In this document: positions 1 to 9,812 of the stretch, in pieces
Layout: each line of letters starts with the position of its first letter
Position numbering within the stretch: position 1 is the stretch's first letter
DNA from: Promethearchaeota archaeon
GTDB lineage: Archaea; Asgardarchaeota; Lokiarchaeia; Sigyniarchaeales; SOKP01
DNA: 64,000 nucleotides
NCBI GenBank assembly: GCA_019058295.1
Contig: JAHPZI010000001.1
Span: 60,686-124,685 of the forward strand
Direction of reading: 5' to 3'
The notes under the pieces: model-generated
Database searches by the model: none
Seen by the model: only the letters and a program-made list of their open reading frames with translations
Told to the model about the DNA's origin: nothing
Position numbers and translations under genes: made by a program

Positions 1-1138
1 CCATTCAGATATCAATTTTACTGAATTAAAAAAAGCTATACAGGATCATAATATTAATGAAGCTGTTTTTGACAATATTTATGAGGTAAATTATCGCGAT
101 GATGTGGTTAAAATTGGAGATGTAGTGAGTTCGTTTGGAGACCGAAGTATTTTCACACATCAGCAGGATTTACAAAAATTAAATATCCCGATCTATAGCT
201 GGGCTTCATGGTTAGATGCGAATTTTGCGGATGTTGTTATCGAACGTTTTTTGAATTTGACAAATCCCCAGATTGCTATTATTGGTGATTGGAATCATGG
301 CGCCCATCTTCCAGCTAATCCATTTGATCCATCACGAGCAGCGGTAGTCCCTTCTCCGCATGAGCGTATTAAAACTGAAATTAGCTTTTTCAATAAAGTT
401 CTAAAAGGAAATTTTTCCGAAAAAACCTTATACTACTATACGATGGGTGAAGAGAGGTGGAAAAAATCAGAAATTTGGCCTCCATTAGGTCAGACTTTGC
501 AGAGATGGTATTTACAAGAGAATAATGGTTTTTCTAAAGAGGAACCTGAAGCAAATGAAGGAGCAGACGATTATAAGGTCAATTATAGAGCAACCACCGG
601 TTTTTTTAATCGTTGGATGGGACCTGCTGGTACGCCTATTAGATATACCACTAGAACAAAAGACGATGAAAAATTACTTTTATATACGAGCCTTCCTTTA
701 GAAAATGATTTAGAAATAACCGGAAATCCAATAATTACTTTATATCTTTCTTCAACACATGAAGATGGAGCAGTATTCGTCTACTTAGAAGATGTTGATG
801 AAGAGGGTAATGTAACTTATTTTACTGATGGAAACTTGCGATTAATCCATAGAAAAATATCATCAGAGAAACCCCCCTATAAAACACTTATCCCCTATCA
901 TACATTTTTGAAAAAAGATGCTCTTCCACTAGTTCCGAATGAGGTTTCAGAAATAAAATTTGGCTTACATGCAACTTCTGTTTTAGTTAAGAAAGGTCAT
1001 AGAATTCGTTTAGCAATTGCAGGGGCAGATAAAGAGGTTTTTAAACGCTATCCTGCTAAAGGAAAACCCATAATTACCATTGAACGGAATAAAAAAAATC
1101 CGTCTTTTATTGATATTCCAATTATAAATAGAGAGTAA
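1..1138 (+). CDS. CocE/NonD family hydrolase, C-terminal part (5'-truncated by window edge)
   Basis: Frame is open from position 2; IGDWNHG, YYYTMGEERWK..WPP, YTS.PLE.DLEITG.P and KKGHRIRLAIAG motifs of the PepX_C/CocE C-domain. Confidence 0.85.
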   Translation, partial: HSDINFTELKKAIQDHNINEAVFDNIYEVNYRDDVVKIGDVVSSFGDRSIFTHQQDLQKLNIPIYSWASWLDANFADVVIERFLNLTNPQIAIIGDWNHGAHLPANPFDPSRAAVVPSPHERIKTEISFFNKVLKGNFSEKTLYYYTMGEERWKKSEIWPPLGQTLQRWYLQENNGFSKEEPEANEGADDYKVNYRATTGFFNRWMGPAGTPIRYTTRTKDDEKLLLYTSLPLENDLEITGNPIITLYLSSTHEDGAVFVYLEDVDEEGNVTYFTDGNLRLIHRKISSEKPPYKTLIPYHTFLKKDALPLVPNEVSEIKFGLHATSVLVKKGHRIRLAIAGADKEVFKRYPAKGKPIITIERNKKNPSFIDIPIINRE

Positions 1139-1169
1139 AAAATAAAAATTTAATAATTAAAAAGAAGAG

Positions 1170-1556
1170 ATGATTAAAATGGAAGAGTTTTTTCCAAAAT
1201 TGAGTGATATATTCAATGAAAAAATAGAAATCAGAGAAAATAAAGAACAATTATTAATTGAATTGAAAATAAATAAAGAAGATCTTATTCCTGGAGATTT
1301 AGGGAAACCTAATGAGGTAAAAGAAATGATAAGAAAGTTTGGTGGAGTTAAAGAAGATATATCGATGGACGTTGCCGTTGATGAAAAAGCCAATATCATT
1401 ACTATAAAATTGCAAAATAATGAAGATTTTGAAACAATAAGTACTGCTATGAAAAATCTGTGGGAACGAGCATCCAATCTTTTAATAGAAGCCTTTAGTG
1501 TGGAACCAGGAACAGTTGGAAAATTTAAAGATCTTGGAGACTTTGATGAGAATTAA
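1170..1556 (+). CDS. hypothetical acidic protein
   Basis: 128-aa ORF, co-oriented and 31 nt downstream of the hydrolase; no recognised motif. Confidence 0.65.
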   Translation: MIKMEEFFPKLSDIFNEKIEIRENKEQLLIELKINKEDLIPGDLGKPNEVKEMIRKFGGVKEDISMDVAVDEKANIITIKLQNNEDFETISTAMKNLWERASNLLIEAFSVEPGTVGKFKDLGDFDEN

Positions 1557-1598
1557 TAAAGCACTAGTCAAGATTCCCGTTCGAAAGTAAATTAAATA

Positions 1599-2558
1599 TT
1601 AATTATTCAAAATCCATTGATTAGTGCCAACTTCAACAATTTTTTCTTTTTTTACAAGTTCAGCAATATGACTCATAATCATATTATGTTCGAAAAAATA
1701 AATTATACTTCTACGGTTATCTTTAAAGGGTTTAATATAATTTTCACTAAAAAACAACCCTTTAAAAATCAAATCATCTAATCCTTTAGGGGTGTTCGTA
1801 TCAAACATATTAAGTAGTTTATTTTCATATTCATTTATTTTTATTAGAAGCTTGTTAAAGATTTCGGGTTGTTTTTCGAAAATAGTAGGGCCGTGTCCGC
1901 TTGCGATGATATAATCATCATTTAGATAAATATTCTCGATCTTTTTAATGGATTCTCTTACAGTTTTTATATCACTATATTTAAAGCCATACCAAGCACC
2001 CATTTTTGTTAGGCCAATATCAGCAACGAATAAGATTTTTCTTTTTTTTTCACGTTTATCCTCTATGGAGAACGCTGTGTGACCGGGGGAATGTCCTGGA
2101 GTATGTATTGTTTTCAGATGTATACTATCAAATTCATATTCCGTTCCAGGGTTAAACCCTATTACAGAGTTTAATTCTTTAAAATTTAATTCTTTAAAGG
2201 CAAACTTCTTAAAATCCTCTCCAATTCCATAATCGAATGTCCCATTATCCCTAACAAAGTTATTAAAATCTAATAAATACTTATCTTCTGGAATTGGACA
2301 ATAAAACTTAATGTTAGGATTATTTTCTTCATAAAAATGCAAATTATAAACATGATCTAGATGTACATGAGAGACAAAATATGCTTCTATTGGATCTTTT
2401 AGTAATTTTTTAATTTCCTTTTCATAAAAGCAATTGCAATCAATTAATATGCTTCCCAAATTCTTATTTTTAATTAAAATGCCTTGACATTTAAACCAAA
2501 ATGGAGTATTTGAATACACAAGAAATATATCATCGACTAGTTTTTCATAAATCAACAT
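1599..2558 (-). CDS. MBL-fold metallo-hydrolase
   Basis: SHVHLDH, TPGHSPGH, D and SGHG metal-binding motifs. Confidence 0.85.
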   Translation of the reverse strand: MLIYEKLVDDIFLVYSNTPFWFKCQGILIKNKNLGSILIDCNCFYEKEIKKLLKDPIEAYFVSHVHLDHVYNLHFYEENNPNIKFYCPIPEDKYLLDFNNFVRDNGTFDYGIGEDFKKFAFKELNFKELNSVIGFNPGTEYEFDSIHLKTIHTPGHSPGHTAFSIEDKREKKRKILFVADIGLTKMGAWYGFKYSDIKTVRESIKKIENIYLNDDYIIASGHGPTIFEKQPEIFNKLLIKINEYENKLLNMFDTNTPKGLDDLIFKGLFFSENYIKPFKDNRRSIIYFFEHNMIMSHIAELVKKEKIVEVGTNQWILNN

Positions 2559-2886
2559 ATAATAAAAGAAAGGGTTAAATCCAAATTAAATTAATTATTA
2601 TGCTCAAAAAATTTATTGAATTCTTCTTAAATATTATATTCTTGAACAAATTATATCAAGCTATAAATCTCATTAGAAATAATTATGAATTAATTCCGTA
2701 AAATTAATAAAAAATCGATAGTAAATGCTTTAATAAAAGAATGAAAAGGGGGAAAAAAAGGAGAAATAACCAAATATATAAATATCTTTATATCTTAAGA
2801 GTAAAATGTAGATATAAACAATTAATTACTATTAAAAAACCAATTAAAAAACATTAGTATATTTGGTTTTGAGGGATTGTGATAGA

Positions 2887-3174
2887 ATGGCTTTATATTG
2901 TTATTATTGTGGTTCAGAGATCACCTGGAAAAGAAGGAGAATTGTCCATGTTAATATTTGCCAAAAAACACCTATTACTCACTTCTGTAACCAAGATTGC
3001 AAATTAAATTGGATTTTTAATAGACCCAATATAAAGCCTGATAAAAATAGCACTGGTAATTGGGTTAACCAAAAAGTTGAATCTATTTTTGATATGGAAG
3101 GAATAGAGGATGAATCAGACGAAGTAGTGAAGTATCTAAAAGATAATAATTTAAGAATCCTTAGGGAAGCTTGA
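2887..3174 (+). CDS. small zinc-finger protein (TRASH/MYM-like)
   Basis: CYYC...HFCNQDC pattern; ATG 2887 preferred over TTG 2863. Confidence 0.6.
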   Translation: MALYCYYCGSEITWKRRRIVHVNICQKTPITHFCNQDCKLNWIFNRPNIKPDKNSTGNWVNQKVESIFDMEGIEDESDEVVKYLKDNNLRILREA

Positions 3175-3187
3175 ATAATAGAATTAA

Positions 3188-4081
3188 TTATGGATTATTT
3201 TTCATAAACTCTATGATAACCTTCGCCAGCTCAGGACCTTTATCCTCCTGTACAAAATGGGAGGCGTCTTTAATCGTTGGGTGTTTTAGTCCTTGAGTAC
3301 CTGGAACAAGTTTTTGCCAAAGTATATACCCCCCTGCAGTGATCGGATCTTTATCTGAAAACGCTGTTAAAAACGGTTTTTCCCATTTTTTAAATTGTTC
3401 CCATGCGCTTGTATTTGCTTCGAACTCTGGATCATCCTTACTAATTGGGACTAAAGATGGCATGATTCGTGCGCCTGCTTTGTAAGTATCATCAGGAAAT
3501 GGAGCATCGTATCCTTTTAAAATATCCTTTGATAATTTGGTGAATGTCCCCCCTTGGATGATACGTTTAATGTCAAGTTTAGTAACCACCCTAGAAAATT
3601 CCCGCCATCGAAGAAATGGCTTAGGCATGCTTTGCGCACCTGTGGGTAATCCTCCATTTGATAATACAATTCTATTAAATCGTTCCTGATTTTCAATAGC
3701 AACTCTTAATCCTATTAAAGATCCCCAATCTTGACAAAATAACGTAATATTTTGAAGATCAAGAGATTTTACTAATTTTGTCATCCATTCTACATGTTTG
3801 CGGTAAGTATGGTCGCTTTGTTCACTAGGTTTATCAGAACGACCGAATCCTACCAAATCTGGTGCCACGGTTCTATAGCCAGCTTTCACGAAAATAGGTA
3901 TCATATGTCTGTATAAGAAGGACCACGAAGGCTCACCATGCATTAGTAAAACAACTTCGGCGTCTTTCGGTCCTTCATCCACATAGTGAATTCGGATATC
4001 ATCCACTTCTAAATAGCGGGGTTCATAGGGAAAATCGGGGAGATTTTCAAACCTTTCGTCGGGTGTTCGTAATAATTTCAT
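3188..4081 (-). CDS. haloalkane dehalogenase family alpha/beta hydrolase
   Basis: LRTPDERF, HGEPSWS, QDWG nucleophile elbow, HFVQED. Confidence 0.9.
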   Translation of the reverse strand: MKLLRTPDERFENLPDFPYEPRYLEVDDIRIHYVDEGPKDAEVVLLMHGEPSWSFLYRHMIPIFVKAGYRTVAPDLVGFGRSDKPSEQSDHTYRKHVEWMTKLVKSLDLQNITLFCQDWGSLIGLRVAIENQERFNRIVLSNGGLPTGAQSMPKPFLRWREFSRVVTKLDIKRIIQGGTFTKLSKDILKGYDAPFPDDTYKAGARIMPSLVPISKDDPEFEANTSAWEQFKKWEKPFLTAFSDKDPITAGGYILWQKLVPGTQGLKHPTIKDASHFVQEDKGPELAKVIIEFMKNNP

Positions 4082-4269
4082 TTTTTTTCTTCTCTATTTG
4101 ATTATTAACTTTTTCTTTATATGTTAAGTTATTAAAATACTATATTATCATATAAATCCAATAGGTATTTATCTAACTTTGTTTTGGGGAGTTAATGCTT
4201 CGATTGCTACCCATCTCAAAATAATAAATAATTAAAAAGAAAAAAATTTGATTTAATTTTAATTTTATT

Positions 4270-6372
4270 TTACCGTTTGATTTTTAACCGTCTTTTAATC
4301 AATATAGCGGAAATCACAGAAACTGCACCGATTGCAGATATCGCAGAGATAAGACCTACAACTAATAGTAAATTTTCTTCAGGTTTTCCATCATCATCAT
4401 CGTCATCACCAATACCCGGTTGAGGTGAGGGCTGAGGTTGAGGCTTAGTTTTATCCACAGTTTCAGGATCTACTGTGATAAAAATTTCGAAATCTTTTTG
4501 GTCAAAACCAAGTGCAGTGATGTTCCCCATTAATATTATATGATCTTCGCCAGGTTCGACAGTTATAGGGATTAAAGATATACTATAATTTCCATCTCCA
4601 ATGGGAACAATGTCTCCCGAAACATCAGTTCCGTTCCAATTAAGCGACCAAACTGCACCCTCAATTCCTTGAGTAGGGTCACTCGCATCAAACACGTAAA
4701 ATGTCATATTAAAATAATTATCCGAATAAAATTGGTCTACAATATCCATACATAATTTGGAAACTTCTGCTTCTACTGCTAGTTCCATTTCGAAATATTT
4801 ATCTCCATAATATTTTGCGGTGACTGTCATATTAAATAAGATTGGATCTTCGCCAGGGGCAACAAGTTCCGGTGTTAGCGATACCTTATATAAACCAATT
4901 CCAAGTTTCTCGATGTCATTTGAAGGTACATCCTCTCCGTTCCACCACATTTGCATAGAGTCGATGTTAAAATCAATATCCCAATCATAAAAAATATCAA
5001 ACCCACTACTAATCTTGATATAAATAACAAATTCTGTTGTCGAAAACGATTGGTTAACAACTTCTACACAAATGCTAGGTGCTGAAGTCAGTTTAAGGTT
5101 AAGATCAAAAGTATTAAGAGTTCCATCGTCATTCATAAAATCTCCACCCCTTACTATTATATTTCTTTCAACTATATTATTGTCAGCGGAAAAAACTAGT
5201 TCTATTCCATACCAATCATTAAAATATAAATAATTTCCCGTAATTTCATTGTCATCATGACCTATCACTATCCCATCTTGAAGATTATTGTTAATGATGT
5301 TTCCCAAAATTTTATTATTATCTCCTCCAATTACCATCCCAAAATTTTGGTCATTTGTATTGGTATTACTTGCGGTGTTTCCCGAAATTATGTTGTTGTC
5401 GCAAGTGCTTACCGTTTCTATCCCGTTTTCCCCATTATCGTTTGCAGAATTTTCTGAAATTGTGTTGTTGTCGCAATAATCATCTAAAAATATCCCATCT
5501 AAAAGATTATTATTAGCTGTGTTCCCCGAAATTGTGTTGTTGTCGCAATAATAGAGATAGATTCCGTATTGAACATTATAGTTTGCGGTGTTTCCCGAAA
5601 TTGTGTTGTTGTCGCAATAATCATATAATACGATTCCATATCGCTTGTTATTATTTACGGTATTATTAGCAATTGTGTTGTTATCACATCCACTCTCTAT
5701 TTGAATTCCATCATTGCCTACAGCAGCATCAGAATAGCTAAAATTATTTTTTGTAATGATATTAAAATCACAATCATCTTGTAATCTTAATCCAGAATCC
5801 AAATTACCCGTTCCATTATTTTTTGTTATGGTATTATTACGGCATCCAACGCTCAAACAAATTCCATTATTGATGTTGTTTGAGACATTATTCCCAATAA
5901 TCGTACCATTACATGTATTTTCCAGTTTAATACCCCCATCATAACCACTATAACCACCACCCCTACCCGCATTGTACACCGTACAATTTCTAATCTTAAA
6001 TAAGATATTTTTAGAATTATTTATAAAAATTCCTGAATCCCGTCCCGTTGCGTCAACGGTTACATTCTCGATTATATAATATCCATCTTCAAAATAACAC
6101 CAATCATAAGTACTATTTGTTAGCGACCAGTTATTAGGGATGCTCCCGTCAATATGAATAAAGGTTTCCGTCCAAGAACCCGAGTTTTTCGGTCTTTTTT
6201 CACTAATCTCGTCTCTAATTTCCACCTTATTGTCAATATTCTCTTGGTAATTGCTTAAATTATGAGTACTAAGCGTCAAATTAATAGTGCTAATAGTTGA
6301 TATGGCAAAAATTATTCCTAAAACTAATAGAGTTTTCATTGCTTTTTGTTTAGATTTCATTTTTAATTTCAC
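4270..6372 (-). CDS. membrane-anchored right-handed beta-helix (NosD/CASH) surface protein
   Basis: N-terminal signal/TM, repeated GIxLxxxCDNNTISGNTANxN units, Pro/Asp linker, C-terminal TM and basic tail. Confidence 0.8.
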   Translation of the reverse strand: MKLKMKSKQKAMKTLLVLGIIFAISTISTINLTLSTHNLSNYQENIDNKVEIRDEISEKRPKNSGSWTETFIHIDGSIPNNWSLTNSTYDWCYFEDGYYIIENVTVDATGRDSGIFINNSKNILFKIRNCTVYNAGRGGGYSGYDGGIKLENTCNGTIIGNNVSNNINNGICLSVGCRNNTITKNNGTGNLDSGLRLQDDCDFNIITKNNFSYSDAAVGNDGIQIESGCDNNTIANNTVNNNKRYGIVLYDYCDNNTISGNTANYNVQYGIYLYYCDNNTISGNTANNNLLDGIFLDDYCDNNTISENSANDNGENGIETVSTCDNNIISGNTASNTNTNDQNFGMVIGGDNNKILGNIINNNLQDGIVIGHDDNEITGNYLYFNDWYGIELVFSADNNIVERNIIVRGGDFMNDDGTLNTFDLNLKLTSAPSICVEVVNQSFSTTEFVIYIKISSGFDIFYDWDIDFNIDSMQMWWNGEDVPSNDIEKLGIGLYKVSLTPELVAPGEDPILFNMTVTAKYYGDKYFEMELAVEAEVSKLCMDIVDQFYSDNYFNMTFYVFDASDPTQGIEGAVWSLNWNGTDVSGDIVPIGDGNYSISLIPITVEPGEDHIILMGNITALGFDQKDFEIFITVDPETVDKTKPQPQPSPQPGIGDDDDDDGKPEENLLLVVGLISAISAIGAVSVISAILIKRRLKIKR
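5455..5621. repeat. nucleotide-level repeats of beta-helix coils
   Basis: gaaattgtgttgttgtcgcaataat occurs three times at about 66-69 nt spacing. Confidence 0.7.
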
Positions 6373-6491
6373 CTATAAATTTTATAGATTAAATATAAAT
6401 TGACAAAGATGTATTTAATATTTTTGTAATAGGTGATTTAGAATTAAAATCAAGAAATTATATAAAAAAAGAGAGGTATAAAAAAAGAGAT

Positions 6492-7595
6492 TTAGAGCGT
6501 TTTTAATCTTGGAGGTGGTACAAAGACATTTCTAGGGTCAGTTCTTTCTAATGTTATTGCCTCTTCAGGGCAATGATAAGCACAAACGCCACATCCTATG
6601 CACCTATCCACGTCCACCTCTGCTTTATCATCATCATTTAATTCAATTGCTTCTGCATTACATTTTTCCACACATGTACCGCATCCAACGCAATCTTCTT
6701 CACTAATTTTTGCTAAATGAGTCGACCTGCTCATTAAAGGAATACCTCCGGCATAGTGATTATCGAAGGTACCACAACAACACTTACAACATTGGCACAT
6801 GCCTTCGATTTCTCTCATAGGATCTAATGCATTATGAAAAGCTTTATGGACTAATCCCGCTTCTTCACTCTCTTTCATAATTTTTAAAGCATCTTCTTTA
6901 GATATTTCTTCTGCAAAATTTTCTCTTATGAGATATTCAGCACCCTTACCAAAACCAAAGCAATTTTTACGTAGATCAGTAGTTTTGCACGGGTCATCAA
7001 TCAGATCCTTACGATGTCGGCAATAACAAGTCATTAAAGCAATTTTTTCCGTTTCTTCTAAAATCTTTGAAACTTCCTCTGTGGGGATAATTTTCTCTTG
7101 TTTAATATCAATCTCTTCCTCGACAGGTACAACTCTATCAATTGTTACACCAGCATCTTTAAGAGTTTTCATCATAAAATCATAATTCTCTTGAGTTCCT
7201 TTTACCATCTCACCGAAGAATTTTTGCCATAAGCTTGCGATTTTTTTAGTAGTGTCATTTGTTTCTCCACGCATAAGAGTAAATTCTAACATCCCCGGGA
7301 AAAATGGCGGGATACGATAAACCATAACACCCGTGCTTCTACTGGGGATTGCAGTGAGTCCTCCGCTGTGATTAAGATCTTTAATTATATTGTTTAAGGT
7401 CTCATCATCCAAATCTGTTATTTCTTTGATTTGATCGATGTTATAAGATGGTTTTTTTAATAAAAGAAGAAATTTAGCTTGTTCTTCAGTGATAACCATT
7501 TTTAAAATTTCAATAACAGTGTCATTTACCGGCATCGGAAAAGTACCAGCTTTTATAAATCTTCTCGCAACTTTATACCATAATTTTTCTGACAT
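6492..7595 (-). CDS. 4Fe-4S dicluster protein with N-terminal helical domain
   Basis: CYCRH, CQCCKCCCG and two C-terminal CxxCxxCxxxC motifs. Confidence 0.85.
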   Translation of the reverse strand: MSEKLWYKVARRFIKAGTFPMPVNDTVIEILKMVITEEQAKFLLLLKKPSYNIDQIKEITDLDDETLNNIIKDLNHSGGLTAIPSRSTGVMVYRIPPFFPGMLEFTLMRGETNDTTKKIASLWQKFFGEMVKGTQENYDFMMKTLKDAGVTIDRVVPVEEEIDIKQEKIIPTEEVSKILEETEKIALMTCYCRHRKDLIDDPCKTTDLRKNCFGFGKGAEYLIRENFAEEISKEDALKIMKESEEAGLVHKAFHNALDPMREIEGMCQCCKCCCGTFDNHYAGGIPLMSRSTHLAKISEEDCVGCGTCVEKCNAEAIELNDDDKAEVDVDRCIGCGVCAYHCPEEAITLERTDPRNVFVPPPRLKTL

Positions 7596-7650
7596 TTTTT
7601 TCTTATTCCTGATTTTTTTTTATTAAACTATATTAAAGCTATTTTATGTT

Positions 7651-8142
7651 TCAAAATAATTTAGGAATCCATTTTGGTACTTTTTTCTTGTATTCTAGAA
7701 ACTCATTGCCAAACATTTTTTCAAGCTTTTTTTCCTCGTAATTAACCATCCTATTATAAACAAAGAAAATGATTATGAAGAAAACAATGCTAATTATAGA
7801 AATTGATAATAAGAGAACTGCAACGTAAATTAAAAGAATACTAAGATATAATGGATTTCTAACACGACCCATTATTCCACTAGTTATAAGAGTATCTGAA
7901 GGTTCATTATGATCAAATAAAGTTTTGTGTGATAAATACATTATTATTAATGCTAAACCCAATACAGTTATGAATAAGATTATTCTGAGTATTAGTGGAA
8001 CAAAATTATTTAAGCAAACTGAAATCAGAAAAATCCAAGAATCTAAGACCCAAATTACAATAAAAATAATTGGTAATGATATTTGTAATAAATGCGAGTG
8101 CGGGATTTCTCGACTATCGTGATTATTATGTTTATCATTCAT
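7651..8142 (-). CDS. isoprenylcysteine carboxylmethyltransferase/PEMT family membrane protein
   Basis: TM helices, RNPLYL, EEKKL..MFG.EF.EYKKKVPKWIP. Confidence 0.8.
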   Translation of the reverse strand: MNDKHNNHDSREIPHSHLLQISLPIIFIVIWVLDSWIFLISVCLNNFVPLILRIILFITVLGLALIIMYLSHKTLFDHNEPSDTLITSGIMGRVRNPLYLSILLIYVAVLLLSISIISIVFFIIIFFVYNRMVNYEEKKLEKMFGNEFLEYKKKVPKWIPKLF

Positions 8143-8294
8143 TTTTTATGGATCATCCTTTTTTATTTAAAATATTTACATATAGTACTGTGTGAATGAA
8201 TATTAGATCTTATAAAAATAATGATTTCTATCTAATTCTTATACATTCAAATATTATATCTATTAATTATTCATGAAAATTAGTAAAAGAAAAG

Positions 8295-8453
8295 ATGAAT
8301 GATAGAAAAAACCACGCTGACAATTGCGGTTGCGAACATCATTCGCATGAGGATCATGCCTCCCATCACATAGATGGTAAATGTCCTAGCGACTTATTTG
8401 TTGATAATCTAATAGAAATATTAAAAAAGGATTTTGAAAAAGATTCTGAATAA
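8295..8453 (+). CDS. small His/Cys-rich protein (52 aa), absent from ORF track
   Basis: Own translation: MNDRKNHADNCGCEHHSHEDHASHHIDGKCPSDLFVDNLIEILKKDFEKDSE. Confidence 0.6.
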   Translation: MNDRKNHADNCGCEHHSHEDHASHHIDGKCPSDLFVDNLIEILKKDFEKDSE

Positions 8454-8638
8454 AAATAATAACTTTAAACGACTTCTATTTAAATTAGAAACAATATTTT
8501 TTTACAATAATTTTCCTATTTATTAATCATTGGAAACATACAAATATATAATTAGCATTAATTTATTTTTTATTAGTAAAATAAAGGCTAACTATTGATA
8601 ATATTTTAGAGAGCTTCTTTTTTTTAGGTTACAGACCT

Positions 8639-9799
8639 ATGTCTGAAAATATACCCAAAGAAATCATTGGAATCGCTAAAGCGTCAGAATGGATTCATAT
8701 AAAACAATTTATAAAAGCTCTCTTAGAATTGACGCTTGATACCAAAGAAGAATATTCCTTTCTTGCCCTCAATGCCTCAATTAATAATAAAAAGCATGAA
8801 GAATATGATGCTCAAATTAAAAATAAAGATCAAATTGAATTACTAACATCTATTACTGATTTTGAAAAAATTTCATTATATCAATATTCTGAGTATAAAA
8901 GAAATATCATTAACCTCTCCAAAGATAAGCAAGTAATAGTTCTTACTGCTCAATATATGGGACCTGAGATTGATCACACTAACTATTTCGATTTTACCAT
9001 CTATTTAGATAGTTTTGATCTTCCCTATTTCAGCGATAATAAAGGAAATATCTTTGATTGCCACGAGTTAATGGAAATCATTAGTAAATTCAAACCTGGT
9101 GCGAGAAAAAAAGTAATAAAACGAGAGAAGCCTAAAAAACCAGTAACCTCCAAATCTGAAATTGATACCTATGAGAGATTAACTGAGAAAAATGCTATAT
9201 GGAGCGATCATGAAACGAAATCTTTTCAAAAGTGGAAAATGAGAATCCAAAAAAGATTTAGGGAGGAAACAGGGGGAGTTCCTTATTTTAAAGGAAAAAT
9301 TACTCAAAAATATAAACTATACTTAAATAATCTCGTTAAAAAACCAAAAGGAAAAAAGCCAGTAAAAAAGAAATCCGTTACTAAAGAAAGAACGGTAAAA
9401 AAACCAGCTGTGATGAAAAAAGTAAAAAAACGAGAGAAGCCTAAAAAAACAGTAACCTTCAAACCTGAAATTGATACCTATGAGAGATTAACTGAGAAAA
9501 ATGCTATATGGAGCGATCATGAAACGAATGCTTTTCAAAAGTGGAAAATGAGAATCCAAAAAAGATTTAGGGAGGAAACTGGGGGGCTTACTTCTTATAA
9601 AGGAAAAATTACTCAAAAATATAAACTATACTTAAATAGTCTTGTTAAAAAACCTAAAGCTGAAAAATCAACAATAAAAAAGCCTGCTAAAAAGAAACCA
9701 GTAGCAAAAAAGAAACCTGTTGCTAAAAAAATAACGGTAAAAAAGCCTGCTAAAAAGAAACCCGTTGCTAAAAAGAAACCAGTAGCTAAAAAGAAATGA
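8639..9799 (+). CDS. basic protein with duplicated ~80-aa domain and histone-H1-like Lys/Pro/Ala tail
   Basis: Near-identical internal repeat at 309-nt offset; C-terminal KKPAKKKPVAKKK repeats. Confidence 0.75.
   Translation: MSENIPKEIIGIAKASEWIHIKQFIKALLELTLDTKEEYSFLALNASINNKKHEEYDAQIKNKDQIELLTSITDFEKISLYQYSEYKRNIINLSKDKQVIVLTAQYMGPEIDHTNYFDFTIYLDSFDLPYFSDNKGNIFDCHELMEIISKFKPGARKKVIKREKPKKPVTSKSEIDTYERLTEKNAIWSDHETKSFQKWKMRIQKRFREETGGVPYFKGKITQKYKLYLNNLVKKPKGKKPVKKKSVTKERTVKKPAVMKKVKKREKPKKTVTFKPEIDTYERLTEKNAIWSDHETNAFQKWKMRIQKRFREETGGLTSYKGKITQKYKLYLNSLVKKPKAEKSTIKKPAKKKPVAKKKPVAKKITVKKPAKKKPVAKKKPVAKKK
9107..9653. repeat. intragenic direct duplication (~240 bp, two copies)
   Basis: ~9107-9344 vs ~9416-9653, e.g. 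gaaattgatacctatgagagattaactgagaaaaatgctatatggagcgatcatgaaacga in both. Confidence 0.9.
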
Positions 9800-9812
9800 G
9801 TTAAATTAGAAA

